Source: Trueperaceae bacterium (GTDB lineage: Bacteria; Deinococcota; Deinococci; Deinococcales; Trueperaceae). Taken from it: a stretch of DNA of 64,000 nt. Below, piece after piece: positions 27,714-38,207 of this stretch. The notes beneath the pieces are model-generated. The model was not told the origin of the DNA, made no database searches, and saw nothing but the letters and a program-made list of their open reading frames with translations. The DNA lies in NCBI GenBank assembly GCA_034520945.1, contig JAXHNB010000008.1, positions 64,001-128,000 of the forward strand, given 5' to 3'. The position numbers were made by a program, and so were the translations under genes. The stretch's first letter is position 1. Each line of letters starts with the position of its first letter.

Positions 27714-28460
27714 ATGCCGAAGCTACAGGCTGCGATGCATGCGAATCGAACCGGCACGGGCCTACGAGACATCGCGGGTCCGCATCTCCGCCTGGCGCTG
27801 CTTCTCGCCTTCAGCTGTTTGGCGACGATGCTCCTCCTGGCGCTCGCACCGCCCGCCCACGCGCAAGCCTTGCCCGACGGCGTGGAGACGGTGCCGTGGA
27901 TCTGCCCCGAGCGCGAGATCGACGACGAGGCGCGCGCACGCCGCGTCGCGGCACTATCTGCCGAGGAACGCGCCCGTCGCGCCGAGTACCGGCGGGTGTT
28001 TCCCGCCTACGTCGAGGCCGTCGGCAGCGCGCCGGACACGGAGCTGCTCAACCCGGTCGAGGGCACCCGCGTATCCCAGATCGCCGACACCTGGGGCGGC
28101 GCACGCGCCGGCAACCGCGTCCACGAGGGGCAGGACATCTTCGCGCCCGAGGGTAGACCGGTGCGCAGCGCCACGGAGGGGTACGTGTGGCGCATCGGCG
28201 AACGCGCGCTGGGCGGCAAGACCGTGACCGTGATCGGCGACGGCGCACGGCGCTACTACTACGCGCACCTGTCCGAATACGCCGACATCCGCGAAGGACA
28301 GCGCGTGACGCCGGACACCGTGATCGGGTACGTCGGCAAGACGGGCAACGCCGCCGCCACGCCGCCCCACCTGCACCTGGGCGTCTACGAGAGCTGGTCG
28401 GACGGCGAGCCGTGCGGGTGGGAGGCGCTGGACCCGCTGCCGCTGCTGGTGGATCGCTGA
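27714..28460 (+). CDS. M23 family metallo-endopeptidase
   Basis: HEGQDIFAP, YYAHL, GYVGKTGNA, PHLHLG; signal peptide; TACACT-N7-ATG. Confidence 0.9.
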   Translation: MPKLQAAMHANRTGTGLRDIAGPHLRLALLLAFSCLATMLLLALAPPAHAQALPDGVETVPWICPEREIDDEARARRVAALSAEERARRAEYRRVFPAYVEAVGSAPDTELLNPVEGTRVSQIADTWGGARAGNRVHEGQDIFAPEGRPVRSATEGYVWRIGERALGGKTVTVIGDGARRYYYAHLSEYADIREGQRVTPDTVIGYVGKTGNAAATPPHLHLGVYESWSDGEPCGWEALDPLPLLVDR

Positions 28461-28852
28461 GGAACAGTCTCACGCGGTTTGGCGGGGAGGTCGCGAGAAC
28501 GTGGGTGGATTGCGCTCGTCGAACGCGCCTCGAACGTCGGCGACGCCAGGGGCGCAATCATGGCGGCCGTTCACAGGGACGATCATGCAGTGCTCTGGCG
28601 GGTCCGACCGAACCGTGACCGCCACTTGACAGACACAGGTGCGCACCGCGCATAATGCGTGGGAATAGAAACGAACGACTGTGCGGGCATGCGTTGCCTA
28701 CTGGTTGGCTCGACCCAGTCGACCAGGGGGGCAGTGGTCACGCAACCCCGCACGGCCCAGCGGCCGCGGCACGCGCCGCGCGGTCGAGAAGGGAGGTGGT
28801 ACGGTCCACGATTTCCCCACCGAACGCCGATCCGGAGATTGAGAGGTCAGCC

Positions 28853-29794
28853 ATGACCATACGAAACCGCCTTCCCGAACGTTTGGAAAAACGCCGCTCG
28901 AGCCCACGTGACATCCGCCGCCACGACTCGAACGGCGGGTGGTTGCCGCCCGCCGCCTTCGTTGCGCTTCTACTGGGTGCGCTGGCGCTGGCCATGGGAA
29001 GTGCCCTCGCTTCCGGCTCGGGCGGGGACGGATTCCCGTCCTGGCACCAAGACTTCGAGCAAAACGTCGACGGCTGGATCGGCGACGACGTGGCGGGCGG
29101 AGGAGGCTGGTGTGGCACCATCGACCACCGCTCCTCCGCCGACGGCCCTGTCGAGCCTAGTTCGGGCGACGCCTACGCCGTGGCGATCGGCGGGCCCTGC
29201 AACGCGTACTACCAGGAGCTAGATTTCCCACCCAACGGTCCGTACTCGTATGGCGCAGCCTACTCCACGTCGTTCCCGGAAGGTGGGTTCGCGGTCGAGC
29301 TGGACATCTTCTTGGATCCAGCGCAGGACCTCGAGTTCACCTACTGGACCTCCTTCAGCAAGCTCGACGTGCGCGACGAGCCGGGCCCCCCGAGGGACGA
29401 CGACCCGGAGGGGGACTTCGGCAACTGGGCCAGCAGCCTTCGCTATCAGGTGGTTCCCCTGGACGGCGGTGACGGAGACATCGTCGTCGGTGACAATGAA
29501 CTGACCGGCGGAGAACACCGTGTCGGCGAGGCCGGCTGGTATACCTTCCGGCACTCGTTCACGAAGGCCGCCGACGGCGACGTGAACGTCGAGTTCGAGC
29601 TCGAACGTGCCGGCGAGGTCGTGTTTTCCGCCTCGCCCGACACCGCCTACACGCCCGAGGGTGCCGAAGGCCCGACCTTCGCGCTGTCGGAGATCGCGGC
29701 GGAGAACGTGGGGACGGGCTACATCTGGCTCGGTCTGCCGGGTGGCATGGAGCTGCCCATCGACCGGCATCAGGTGCGAACGCTCGGTCCATGA
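28853..29794 (+). CDS. Secreted/anchored acidic hypothetical protein
   Basis: Hydrophobic signal segment then a beta-rich acidic domain; GAGAGG RBS. Confidence 0.7.
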   Translation: MTIRNRLPERLEKRRSSPRDIRRHDSNGGWLPPAAFVALLLGALALAMGSALASGSGGDGFPSWHQDFEQNVDGWIGDDVAGGGGWCGTIDHRSSADGPVEPSSGDAYAVAIGGPCNAYYQELDFPPNGPYSYGAAYSTSFPEGGFAVELDIFLDPAQDLEFTYWTSFSKLDVRDEPGPPRDDDPEGDFGNWASSLRYQVVPLDGGDGDIVVGDNELTGGEHRVGEAGWYTFRHSFTKAADGDVNVEFELERAGEVVFSASPDTAYTPEGAEGPTFALSEIAAENVGTGYIWLGLPGGMELPIDRHQVRTLGP

Positions 29795-29991
29795 TCACTT
29801 GGGTCCTGACCGACCCTCCCGCCTCTTGGACGGGCACGTCCCCACTTCCGTGAGTCCGTGAAACCAATCGGTATGCCCGTGATCCACCCCCCGCCCTCGC
29901 CGCGAGGGCGGGCACTTCTCATTCGGGGCCCCGGCCCGCGAACAGTTCGCCGGCACGCCGGGCACGTGCAAATGCACGGTGGGATGGTAAC

Positions 29992-30660
29992 TCAGTCGCT
30001 ACCCGCCTCGTGCCGCGCCGCCTCGATCACCTTCCAGTCCTCCGCGAAGCCGGCGCACGCTTCGTCCACCAGCGGTTGGGTCAGGAATCGCTCCACGTCG
30101 CGCGCCCACACGAAGCATGCGCCGACGCCCATGCGGGCGTAGGTGGGGATCTCGGTGGCGTCGTAGATGCCGGGGCAGAGCTGCACGTCGCTCTCCTGCG
30201 CGTCGAGGAGGTCCTGCATGCGGCGCACCTCGTCCTGCTTGGAGGCGAGGCCGGCGCGTTGCAGCATGCCGCCGTACGGCGCCACCATCCGCGCGCCGGC
30301 GGCCACGGCGAAGGTCAGCCAGGTGGCGGTGGGGACGACGGTCGCCATCGGCTCGATGTCTTGGTCGTGCAGGGTGCGGATCACGCCCAGGCCGCTCGGC
30401 GTGGCGGGCACCTTGATGCCGACGCGGCGGGGGTCGATCGCCAGCATGCGCTCGGCCTCGTCCAGCATCTCCTCGCGCGAGGCGTCGCGCAGTTGGTACC
30501 AGGCGTGCCCGGCGACGCCGATCAGGTCACGGAACAGCGCCGCCGGGTCCCGCTTCTCCGCGGCCACGACGGCGGGGTTGGTGATCACGCCGCGCCATAT
30601 GCCCAGCCGCATGTGGGTCTCGACGGTGGCGGGGTTCGCGCTCGCTAGCCAGAAGTTCAT
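29992..30660 (-). CDS. Transaldolase/fructose-6-phosphate aldolase family protein, divergent
   Basis: GVITNP, IKVPAT..GL, AGARMVAPY; the usual N-terminal Asp is replaced (FWLASAN). Confidence 0.82.
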   Translation of the reverse strand: MNFWLASANPATVETHMRLGIWRGVITNPAVVAAEKRDPAALFRDLIGVAGHAWYQLRDASREEMLDEAERMLAIDPRRVGIKVPATPSGLGVIRTLHDQDIEPMATVVPTATWLTFAVAAGARMVAPYGGMLQRAGLASKQDEVRRMQDLLDAQESDVQLCPGIYDATEIPTYARMGVGACFVWARDVERFLTQPLVDEACAGFAEDWKVIEAARHEAGSD

Positions 30661-31580
30661 GCCTCGCTCCGTTCCCGGCCGAAGAGGGCCGCGCCGATGC
30701 TACCCGAGTGCCGGCCGAGCTCGGCGGGCACGACCGGGACCGCCAGGCCGCCGGGGCGCCATTCGACCTCGTCCAACTCGGTGGTGAGCGGCGCGAACAA
30801 GACGTCGCCCGCCGCCGCCAGCCCACCGCCCAGGATCACACGTTCGGGGTCGAACACGTTCACGATCGAGGCGATCCCTGCGGCCAGGGCCCGCACCATG
30901 CGGCCCCACTCGGCGGTGGCGGCAGGTTGGCCGGTGCGCACGTCCGCCAGCAGGGCTTCGTTCGACGCGTAGCGCCCGCCGGTTCGGTCGGCCAGGTAGG
31001 CGGCGCCAAGGTGCCACTCCAGCGTGCCGGGGGTGGGAAACACGCTGGGCGGCCCGTCGGGATCCAGGCTGATGTGTCCCAGGTGCCCCGCGCGGCGGTT
31101 GCGGCCCTCGAACAGCTGACCGTTCAGCATCACGCCGCCCCCAACGCCCGTGCCGAGGGTGAGCATCGCGATGTCGCGCGCCCCGCGGCCCGCGCCGAGG
31201 CGTGCCTCGCCGAGGACGGCGGCGTGGGCGTCGTTCAGCGCGTGCACGCGCGGTGCGTCCGTGCCGGCGGGCAGCGCGTCGCGCAGCGCTGCGGTCCAGT
31301 CGATCCCTTCCAGCCCGGCCAGCTTGCCGGGCAGCGACACCACGGCGCGATGCGCGGCGTCGACGATGCCGGGCGTGGCGATGCCGACGCTCGGGACGGC
31401 ACCGGCGTCGCGCAGCTCGCCAATCGCCGCCGCGATCAGCTGGAGCCGTTCGCGGCGGTTGCGATCCGGGTCCGGCTGGTCGGCCACGTCGTGCACGCGC
31501 GTCCAGCGGACGGACGGTGCAGCGTCCAGCAGGGCCAGTTTGACGGAGCTCCCGCCGATGTCGATGCCTAGGTGGTGCAG
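30657..31580 (-). CDS. ROK family sugar kinase
   Basis: LGIDIGGSSVK, GIATPG, NDAHAAVLGE, TLGTGVGGG, GHLGH; only a CTG start (after GGAGG) is available upstream of the first motif. Confidence 0.88.
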   Translation of the reverse strand: MHHLGIDIGGSSVKLALLDAAPSVRWTRVHDVADQPDPDRNRRERLQLIAAAIGELRDAGAVPSVGIATPGIVDAAHRAVVSLPGKLAGLEGIDWTAALRDALPAGTDAPRVHALNDAHAAVLGEARLGAGRGARDIAMLTLGTGVGGGVMLNGQLFEGRNRRAGHLGHISLDPDGPPSVFPTPGTLEWHLGAAYLADRTGGRYASNEALLADVRTGQPAATAEWGRMVRALAAGIASIVNVFDPERVILGGGLAAAGDVLFAPLTTELDEVEWRPGGLAVPVVPAELGRHSGSIGAALFGRERSEA

Positions 31581-31684
31581 GGCGCCTCCGTTGGGTTAGC
31601 GTCGAGCCACGCATGAACGGGTGCCGTCCGAACTTCGGGGGTACTTGCTGCCAGCAGAGCGCTCGTGTCCAGGTCGTTCGTCAA
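31568..31684 (-). pseudogene. Truncated VapC PIN toxin
   Basis: LDTSALLAASTPEVRTAPVHAWLDA, coupled to the Phd gene; stops after about 38 codons at the ROK gene start. Confidence 0.65.
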
Positions 31685-31929
31685 TAGCGTTCCTCGTCGC
31701 GCATGCGGCGCACGAGTTCGCTGCTGGACTCCGGCTGGTGCGGCAACCTTCGCACCAACGCGCGTGCTGCGGCGACGTCCAGGGGCCGGCGTGTCGTGCG
31801 CACGGGGGTCAGGACCGCCACGGGCCTGCCACGCTTGGTGATCACGATCTCTTCCCCGTGTTCGGCGCGTTCGGTCAGTTCGCTGAGGCGGGCCTTGGCT
31901 TCGGCCAGGCCGATGGTTTGGCGATCCAT
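31681..31929 (-). CDS. Phd/YefM family antitoxin
   Basis: IGLAEAKARLSELTERAEHGEEIVITKRGRPVAVL; TCTGACCC-N6-GGGTCAGA operator at 31943-31964. Confidence 0.9.
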   Translation of the reverse strand: MDRQTIGLAEAKARLSELTERAEHGEEIVITKRGRPVAVLTPVRTTRRPLDVAAARALVRRLPHQPESSSELVRRMRDEERY

Positions 31930-32042
31930 GTGCGGCCCCTTTTCTGACCCGTTCGTGGGTCAGACCGTAGCATGCAATGTGCGATTGGCCGCCGCGGTCA
32001 CGAGCAATATCGATGCCCCTCGACGAATCGGTGGAACATGCG

Positions 32043-32346
32043 ATGGCGACCCACGTGCCCCCTCGCCGGCGATGTCGCACTGGCGACGGGTGGGCGTTCA
32101 GGTATCGGATGCGCCCTGGCGCAAGGTTGGATCGACACGGACCTGAACACCGATTTCGAGGGGCCAATGGGCGACCCGGACGCGTTCCAGCGCAAGGTTG
32201 GGCGCATCCATCCCGTCGGTCGTCCCGGGATCCCGGAGGACGTCGCGTCCGTCGTCGCCTTCCTCGCTGTCGACGAAGCAGCGTTCATGTCCCGTCAGGT
32301 GTATGCCATGGACGGGGGAGGTTCATCCATTCGAGCCTCCCGTGAT
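32043..32346 (+). pseudogene. SDR oxidoreductase remnant with internal deletion
   Basis: VALATGGRSGIG (TGxxxGIG) joined directly to C-terminal GWIDTDLN...PVGRPGIPEDVA..VAFL...DGG; catalytic YxxxK region absent. Confidence 0.75.
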
Positions 32347-32428
32347 GAAGTTTCGCTCCGCGGCCCGGCTCATCGAGTGGGCAGCGCGCCCGTGGTATAC
32401 GGCGCGCTGCCCGAAGCCGCCACCGTGG

Positions 32429-33346
32429 CTACGGCAGCTCGTCGAGGAACGCGTCGATGGCGTCTGCGTACGCAGCGGGCCGTTCGATGAAGCCCATGTG
32501 CCCCGCCTGCGCGACCTCGACGACGCGGGCGTTCTGGGCGGCCTCGGCGTTCGCGGCGATCCCTTCGGGAACGATCGTGTCCTGGTCGCCGTGCACGATC
32601 AACAGCGGTACGTCGATCGCCCGGAACTCCTCGAGCCAGTCCCAGTCGCCCATCGATCCGAAGATGGTGCCGAGCGTGAACTCGATGTTGGCGTCGTACT
32701 CGTTGGGAAGCGCGCAGGCCTTGGCGTTCAGCACGTCGAGCACGGAATCGTCGGCCACCTGCGAGGCATTGATGATGTCGGCGATGCCGACGCAGAGGTC
32801 GAATGGGTCGATGTCTTCGGCGGTCGAGGCAAGGTACGCCTCCACGGCGTCGAAGTCCGGGCCCGGGCTGAGCATCTCCATGGCGCCGAAGGGCTCGGCC
32901 GCCGGCTCGATGGGGCTGAGCGCGATCACGCTGGCGACGCGATCCGGATTGCGCACTGCATACCTTTGCGCGAAGGCGCCCCAGAGCGACCAGCCCAGCA
33001 CGCTGACGCGCTCTACCCCGAAGTGATCCTGCACGCGGCCGAAATCGGCGATCTCGTGCTCCATGCCGAGCAGCGCCGCGTCGTGGATCGGGGTCGAAAA
33101 GCCCCTACCGCGCGTGTCGTAGAACACCACCGTGCGCCCCTCGGCCAACGTGGCCAGTGGGCGGGCCGCGTAAAGGTGGTTCGACACGATGAGGTCGGGG
33201 GCGCCGGAGCCGTACTTGACGTAGAACAGACGGACGTCGTCGCCGACGGAAACGAAGCCTTCTTCGATCGGCGTCTGCGCCACGACCCAGGTGGCGAAGA
33301 ACGCGGCCAGGATGCATGCGAACGCCTTTGCACGGGCACGTACCAT
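32429..33346 (-). CDS. Secreted alpha/beta hydrolase
   Basis: Signal peptide; YDTRGRGFS, GWSLWG, LIVHGDQD, AGHM. Confidence 0.88.
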   Translation of the reverse strand: MVRARAKAFACILAAFFATWVVAQTPIEEGFVSVGDDVRLFYVKYGSGAPDLIVSNHLYAARPLATLAEGRTVVFYDTRGRGFSTPIHDAALLGMEHEIADFGRVQDHFGVERVSVLGWSLWGAFAQRYAVRNPDRVASVIALSPIEPAAEPFGAMEMLSPGPDFDAVEAYLASTAEDIDPFDLCVGIADIINASQVADDSVLDVLNAKACALPNEYDANIEFTLGTIFGSMGDWDWLEEFRAIDVPLLIVHGDQDTIVPEGIAANAEAAQNARVVEVAQAGHMGFIERPAAYADAIDAFLDELP

Positions 33347-33591
33347 GCTCTCTCTCCCTCTCGTCCGAGGACCATCACCCAGTGCACGACCTGGTTTCGG
33401 CCAGGCCGTACGCCGCCAGCAGCAACCTCCTTTCCTCCCATGGTGAACACGAGCATAGCGCAAAAGCATGCAAGTGCATGCACATGCATCACGGCGTCGA
33501 GGTCGGACGCGTTCCCGTCGACCATTCTGCGGCGTCGCGGTGGTCGGCACCTGCCGCGTCGGGGTGGCACGACGCGCGGCCTTGCGCCCTC

Positions 33592-33870
33592 CTACTTCAC
33601 GCTCCCCGGTGTGATGCCGCTGATGAAGAAGCGCTGGAGGAAGAAGATCGCCAGGTGCGGCAGCTCCACCAGCGTCGAGGTGGCCATGAGCAGGTCGCAC
33701 TGCGAGTCGTGGGTGGACGATTGGAACTGCAGGCAGACGTGCCACATGATCCGTAGCTCATTTGCACCGTCGATGCGGGCCGCCTCGCAGATCTCGCTGG
33801 GGATCTGCATCAGGAACTGCCGTAGCAGGAAGGTGTAGAACGGGTTGCCGAAGAACGTCGGGACCACTCC
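33592..33870 (-). pseudogene. Sugar ABC permease fragment
   Basis: FLLRQFLMQIPSEICEAARIDGANELRI then an abrupt jump to the C-terminus FFLQRFFISGI. Confidence 0.75.
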
Positions 33871-34080
33871 GGGATGCCGCCGGGCGCACAGCGCACGCGG
33901 AGGCGATGGAGGCACGACACGCGGACGCGTAGGGCGGAGAGATTCCGTTGCCACGCAAGCCGTGCGTCGCGCGTCGAGGCGGGACGCGACGCGGGCGCCG
34001 ACCGGGCAACCTACGGCGGCCTATGCTGAGGCACGCGAGACGGCCCCCGCGTACGTGGGTGCGGAGCGGAAGGGGGGACG

Positions 34081-35564
34081 GTGGTTTTGGACGCCCTTGA
34101 AGGCGGCCGTGACGCGTACGCCCGCGCGGACTGGCCCGAGGCCTGCCGGTGCCTGGAGCAGGCCGACCGCGCCGGTGGCCTGGGCGGCGAGGACCTGTGG
34201 CGCCTCGCGGTCGCCTCTCACCTCACGGGGCGGTGCGATCGCTTCGCCGCGTTCCTCGAGCGGGCGTGCGCCCTGCACCGCGAGGCAGGCGTGTACGCGG
34301 AGGCGGCCTGGTGCGCGTTCTGGTTGGGCCTAGACCTGATGGATCACGGCGAGGCGGCGCGCGGCTCGGGCTGGTTGGCGCGGGCGGAGCGGCTGGTCGC
34401 GCAGGTGCCGGAGCGTTGCGTGACCGAAGGGTGGCTGCTGATCCCGCAGGTGCAGATGCGGTTGGGCGAAGGGGCGCACGAAGAGGCACTGGCGCTGGCC
34501 CAGCGCGCCACCGCGGTGGCGGACGAGCTCGGGAACGCCGACCTGCATGCGTTCGCCCTGCACGCGCAGGGCTTGGCGCACGTGCGCATGGCGTGCGTGA
34601 GGGAGGGACTGGCGCTGCTGGACGAGGCGATGGTGGCGGTGACAGGAGAGACGCTGCTGCCGTTCGTCACCGGCATCGTGTACTGCTCCGTCATCTCCGC
34701 CTGCCGCGAGGTGTACGCCCTGGACCGGGCGCGCGCCTGGACGGCCGCGCTGCACGACTGGTGCGAGGGGCAACCCGGCCTGGTGCCGTTCGCCGGCACG
34801 TGTCTGGTGCACCGCGCCGAGGTGCTGCAGCAAAGCGGTGCATGGACGGACGCCTACGAGGAGGCGCGACGCGCCGAGGCACTCTGCCGCCAGGACGGCG
34901 ACCCGGCGGACGTGGCCGCTGCGCACTACGTGCAGGCCGATCTGTTGCGATTGCGAGGCCGCTATGGCGAAGCGGAGGCCGCCTACGAGGAGGCGGCACG
35001 CGCCGGCCGTGACCCGCAGCCGGGCCTCGCGCTGCTACGCGCCGGCCAAGGCAAGCACGGTGTGGCGCGTTCGGCCTCGTCACCGCCCACGCCCGCGGCG
35101 CGGTGGCGTTGGCGCGGGGCGACGCCGCCGACGCGCTGGCCTCGTTGCGCGCCGCCTGGCGTGGCTGGCAGGCGCAGGAGGCGCCGTACGAGGCGGCCCG
35201 CACGCGCGAACTTGTGGGACGCGCCTGCGCGTCGCTCGGCGACACCGAAACCGCCGCGCTGGAACTGGACGCCGCGTGGGCGTCCTACCGCCGCCTCGGC
35301 GCCGCGCCCGACCTGGCGCGGCTCGACCAGGCCGACGAGGCGGTGAGTGCGCCCAGGCACGGCCTGACCGCGCGCGAGCTCGAGGTGCTCCGCCTGGTGG
35401 CGGCCGGTCATTCGAACAAGCGGATCGCCGGTCAACTCGACCTGAGCGTACGCACCATCGAGCGGCACCTCGCCAACGTGTTCGCGAAGCTCGATGTGGG
35501 TTCGCGTTCGGAGGCTACTGCCTATTCCTTCGAGCACGGCCTGGTCCGAACCCAGACTACGTAG
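34081..35564 (+). pseudogene. Large LuxR-family regulator (TPR-like + HTH), frameshifted/deleted near 35060-35100
   Basis: GIVYCSVISAC...ARAWTAAL...CLVHRAE in one frame; GLTARELEVLRLVAAGHSNKRIA...RTIERHLANVFAKL in another. Confidence 0.8.
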
Positions 35565-35679
35565 AAACCCCCACGCCCACCGGTCGGACCTGCGTGGTCA
35601 CCCCGATGCGCCGCGCATGGCGGACCCCCTAGCGTAGGTGCGTACGACGCCGACGTCGCGCCCAAGGAGAGGGAAGACC

Positions 35680-37092
35680 ATGCAAGAGGCTATACGGAAC
35701 ACACGTGCGCAGCAGACGTCCCGCAACCCGCGCCCCCGCGCAGAACGGGCGGTCGTGCTCGGCGCAGGCCTGGCCAGCCGGACCGCGGCCGCGGCCCTCG
35801 CCCCCCGTGCCGGGCACGTCACCGTGCTGGACCGCGACGCGCTGTCGCGGGTGGACGAGGCCCGCAAGGGCGTGCCGCAGGGGAAGCACATCCACCTGCT
35901 GGTGCCCGCAGGCCGTGCCGCCCTGGAGCGGCTCTTGCCCGGCGTCACCGACGAGTTGGCGGCCGCCGGCGCGCAGATCCTGAACCGGGCCGGCGACTTC
36001 GCCATCCACATCGGCGGTGGGCGCCTGAACGTGCAGGGCCTCCACCCCGACTTCGTGCTGATCGGCGCGACCCGCCCGTTGATCGAGGGCGTGGTCCGCG
36101 AGCGCGTGCGGGCGCTGACGAACGTGGAGATCCTCGGCGGACGCGAGGCGCGCGGGTTGATCGCGTCGGGCTCGAACGGGGCGGTGACGGGCGTCCGCGT
36201 CCGGCCGAAGGGCGAGGCGGCGGCCGAGGAGACGCTGCCCGCCGACCTGGTGGTGGACGCCACCGGGCGCGGCTCCCGCGCGCCGCGCTGGCTGGAGGAG
36301 CTCGGTTACGAGGCGCCGCACGAGGAGAGCGTCCGCATCGACGTGCGCTACGCCACCCGCATGTTCCGGCGCCCGCCGGGCCGGCCCGACGGCGTGCGCA
36401 ACGTGCTCATCGGCGCGCTGCCCGGCGAGGGGCGCGGGGCCGTCGCGCTGGCCGTGGAGGGCGACCGCTGGATCGTGACGCTCAGTGGCATGTTCGGCGA
36501 GCAACCCCCCACCGCGTTGAGCGATTTCCGCGCCTACGCCCGCTCCTTGTGGTGCGGCGACGTGCACGCCATCGCCGCGCGCGAAGAGCCGCTGGGCGAG
36601 GCCACCACCGCCAGCTTCCCCGCCAACGTGCGGCGCGGCTACGACCGTCTGCGCGGACACCCGCCCGGCTTCGTGGTGCTGGGCGATGCCATGTGCGCGT
36701 TCAACCCCACCTACGGGCAGGGCATGAGCGTGGCCACGCTCGAGGCGGAGGCGCTGGCCGGCGCGCTGGAGCGCGCGGGCACGGCTCGGATCGGCAAGAC
36801 CTTCTACCGCGCAGCGCGGCCGATCGCCGACAACGCCTGGGCGCAGGCGGTGGACGACGACCTGCAACACCCGCAGGCGGCGGGACCCCGTTCGCTTCGG
36901 TGGCGGCTCACCAGTGCCTACATGGCCCGCTTGTTGCCCGCGGCGCATCGCGATCCGGCGGTGGGGCAGGCGTTCCTGAACGTGATGGGGATGCTGGCGG
37001 CGCCGCCCAGCGTGCTGCGTCCCGGCGTGGCCCGGCGGGTGCTGTTCGGGGGCCGGCGGCCCGCAAAGGCGTACGCGGCGGTGGGGTCGTAG
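35680..37092 (+). CDS. FAD-dependent monooxygenase/epoxidase-like protein
   Basis: AVVLGAGLAS, RKGVPQGKHIH, ADLVVDATGRGS, GDAMCAFNPTYGQGMS. Confidence 0.85.
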   Translation: MQEAIRNTRAQQTSRNPRPRAERAVVLGAGLASRTAAAALAPRAGHVTVLDRDALSRVDEARKGVPQGKHIHLLVPAGRAALERLLPGVTDELAAAGAQILNRAGDFAIHIGGGRLNVQGLHPDFVLIGATRPLIEGVVRERVRALTNVEILGGREARGLIASGSNGAVTGVRVRPKGEAAAEETLPADLVVDATGRGSRAPRWLEELGYEAPHEESVRIDVRYATRMFRRPPGRPDGVRNVLIGALPGEGRGAVALAVEGDRWIVTLSGMFGEQPPTALSDFRAYARSLWCGDVHAIAAREEPLGEATTASFPANVRRGYDRLRGHPPGFVVLGDAMCAFNPTYGQGMSVATLEAEALAGALERAGTARIGKTFYRAARPIADNAWAQAVDDDLQHPQAAGPRSLRWRLTSAYMARLLPAAHRDPAVGQAFLNVMGMLAAPPSVLRPGVARRVLFGGRRPAKAYAAVGS

Positions 37093-37372
37093 GGGGCGGT
37101 GAGGGGAGGGGCGCAACCTCGACGCCCGCGTAGGCGGTGCTTTTGCGCGGAGTCGCCTTCCTGCTGCAGTGAAGTGAGGTGGAGGGCCGTTCGGCTCGGC
37201 CGTGGGGACGGTTCCAGTGCATCCAGGCGGCGATCTCCTGGACCTGAACCTGTCCGTCGTGCAGCACGACGCGCAGGTCGTTCGCGAGCACCGCTGGGTG
37301 GGGAGCTTGGGTAAGCGCGACGATGGCGAGCGCCCCCGCCAGAATGAGCAGGATCGAAGGGGTATGGTTCAT
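36908..37372 (-). CDS. Possible small exported protein; 3' end overlaps the opposite gene and may be spurious
   Basis: Strong GGAGGAGGG RBS and a signal-like N-terminus. Confidence 0.3.
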   Translation of the reverse strand: MNHTPSILLILAGALAIVALTQAPHPAVLANDLRVVLHDGQVQVQEIAAWMHWNRPHGRAERPSTSLHCSRKATPRKSTAYAGVEVAPLPSPPPTTPPPRTPLRAAGPRTAPAGPRRDAARWAAPPASPSRSGTPAPPPDRDAPRATSGPCRHW

Positions 37373-37431
37373 GGCATCCCTCCTCCGCCCGAACCGTAGG
37401 GGCTTGGGCGTGACGCGGGCGTGATGCCGGC

Positions 37432-37704
37432 GTGGGGGATCCGTTCCACGCGCTGGCGGCGCCGGCGCGGCGCGCCATCCTCGGTGCGCTACGCGTGCCC
37501 GACGAGCAGACGCTGTTCGAGTTGTGCAGCCGCCTCACGATGGTTCACGGCGTGAACCTCACGCGCCAGGCGGTCTCCCAACACCTCGAGGTGCTCGAGG
37601 ACGCCGGCCTCGTGCGCACGCGGACGGAGGGCCGCTACGAGTTTCACTCCCTCGATCCGGCGCCGCTCCGTGGGCTCTTGGGTCGCTGGTTGGACGAGCC
37701 CTGA
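37432..37704 (+). CDS. ArsR family regulator
   Basis: FHALAAPARRAIL...QTLFELC...TRQAVSQHLEVLEDAGLV. Confidence 0.88.
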   Translation: MGDPFHALAAPARRAILGALRVPDEQTLFELCSRLTMVHGVNLTRQAVSQHLEVLEDAGLVRTRTEGRYEFHSLDPAPLRGLLGRWLDEP

Positions 37705-37778
37705 ACCGCGAACCCGCCACAGGCGGAGCCGCACCGCGCTTGCGGATCCCGGTCCGCAGATTCGAAGGGACGGACGAC

Positions 37779-38165
37779 ATGCGCATCTACATCACGAGCG
37801 TCTTCGTCGACGATCAGGAGAAGGCCCTGGCGTTCTATCGGGACGTGCTGGGGTTCGCGCCCAAGCACGACATTCCCATGGGGGAGGACCGTTGGCTCAC
37901 CGTGACCTCTTCGGAGGCGCCGGAGGGGCCGCAACTGTTGTTGGAACCGTCGGGCCACCCGGCGGTGCCGCCGTTCAAGCAGGCGTTGGTGCGCGACGGG
38001 ATTCCCGCTGCGTCCTTCGCGGTGGACGACGTGCAGGCGGAGTACGAGCGGCTGCAGGAGCGCGGGGTGCTGTTCACGCAAGCGCCGGTGACGATGGGTG
38101 AGGTGACGATGGCGGTGTTCGACGACACCTGCGGCAACCTGGTGCAGATCGTGGCGGGTGGGTAG
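37779..38165 (+). CDS. VOC/glyoxalase family protein
   Basis: SVFVDDQEKALAFYRDVLGF...FDDTCGNLVQI. Confidence 0.92.
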   Translation: MRIYITSVFVDDQEKALAFYRDVLGFAPKHDIPMGEDRWLTVTSSEAPEGPQLLLEPSGHPAVPPFKQALVRDGIPAASFAVDDVQAEYERLQERGVLFTQAPVTMGEVTMAVFDDTCGNLVQIVAGG

Positions 38166-38207
38166 ACGTGCTGAGGGGCGGGTGCGAGCGTATGAGAGGA
38201 TGGAAAC

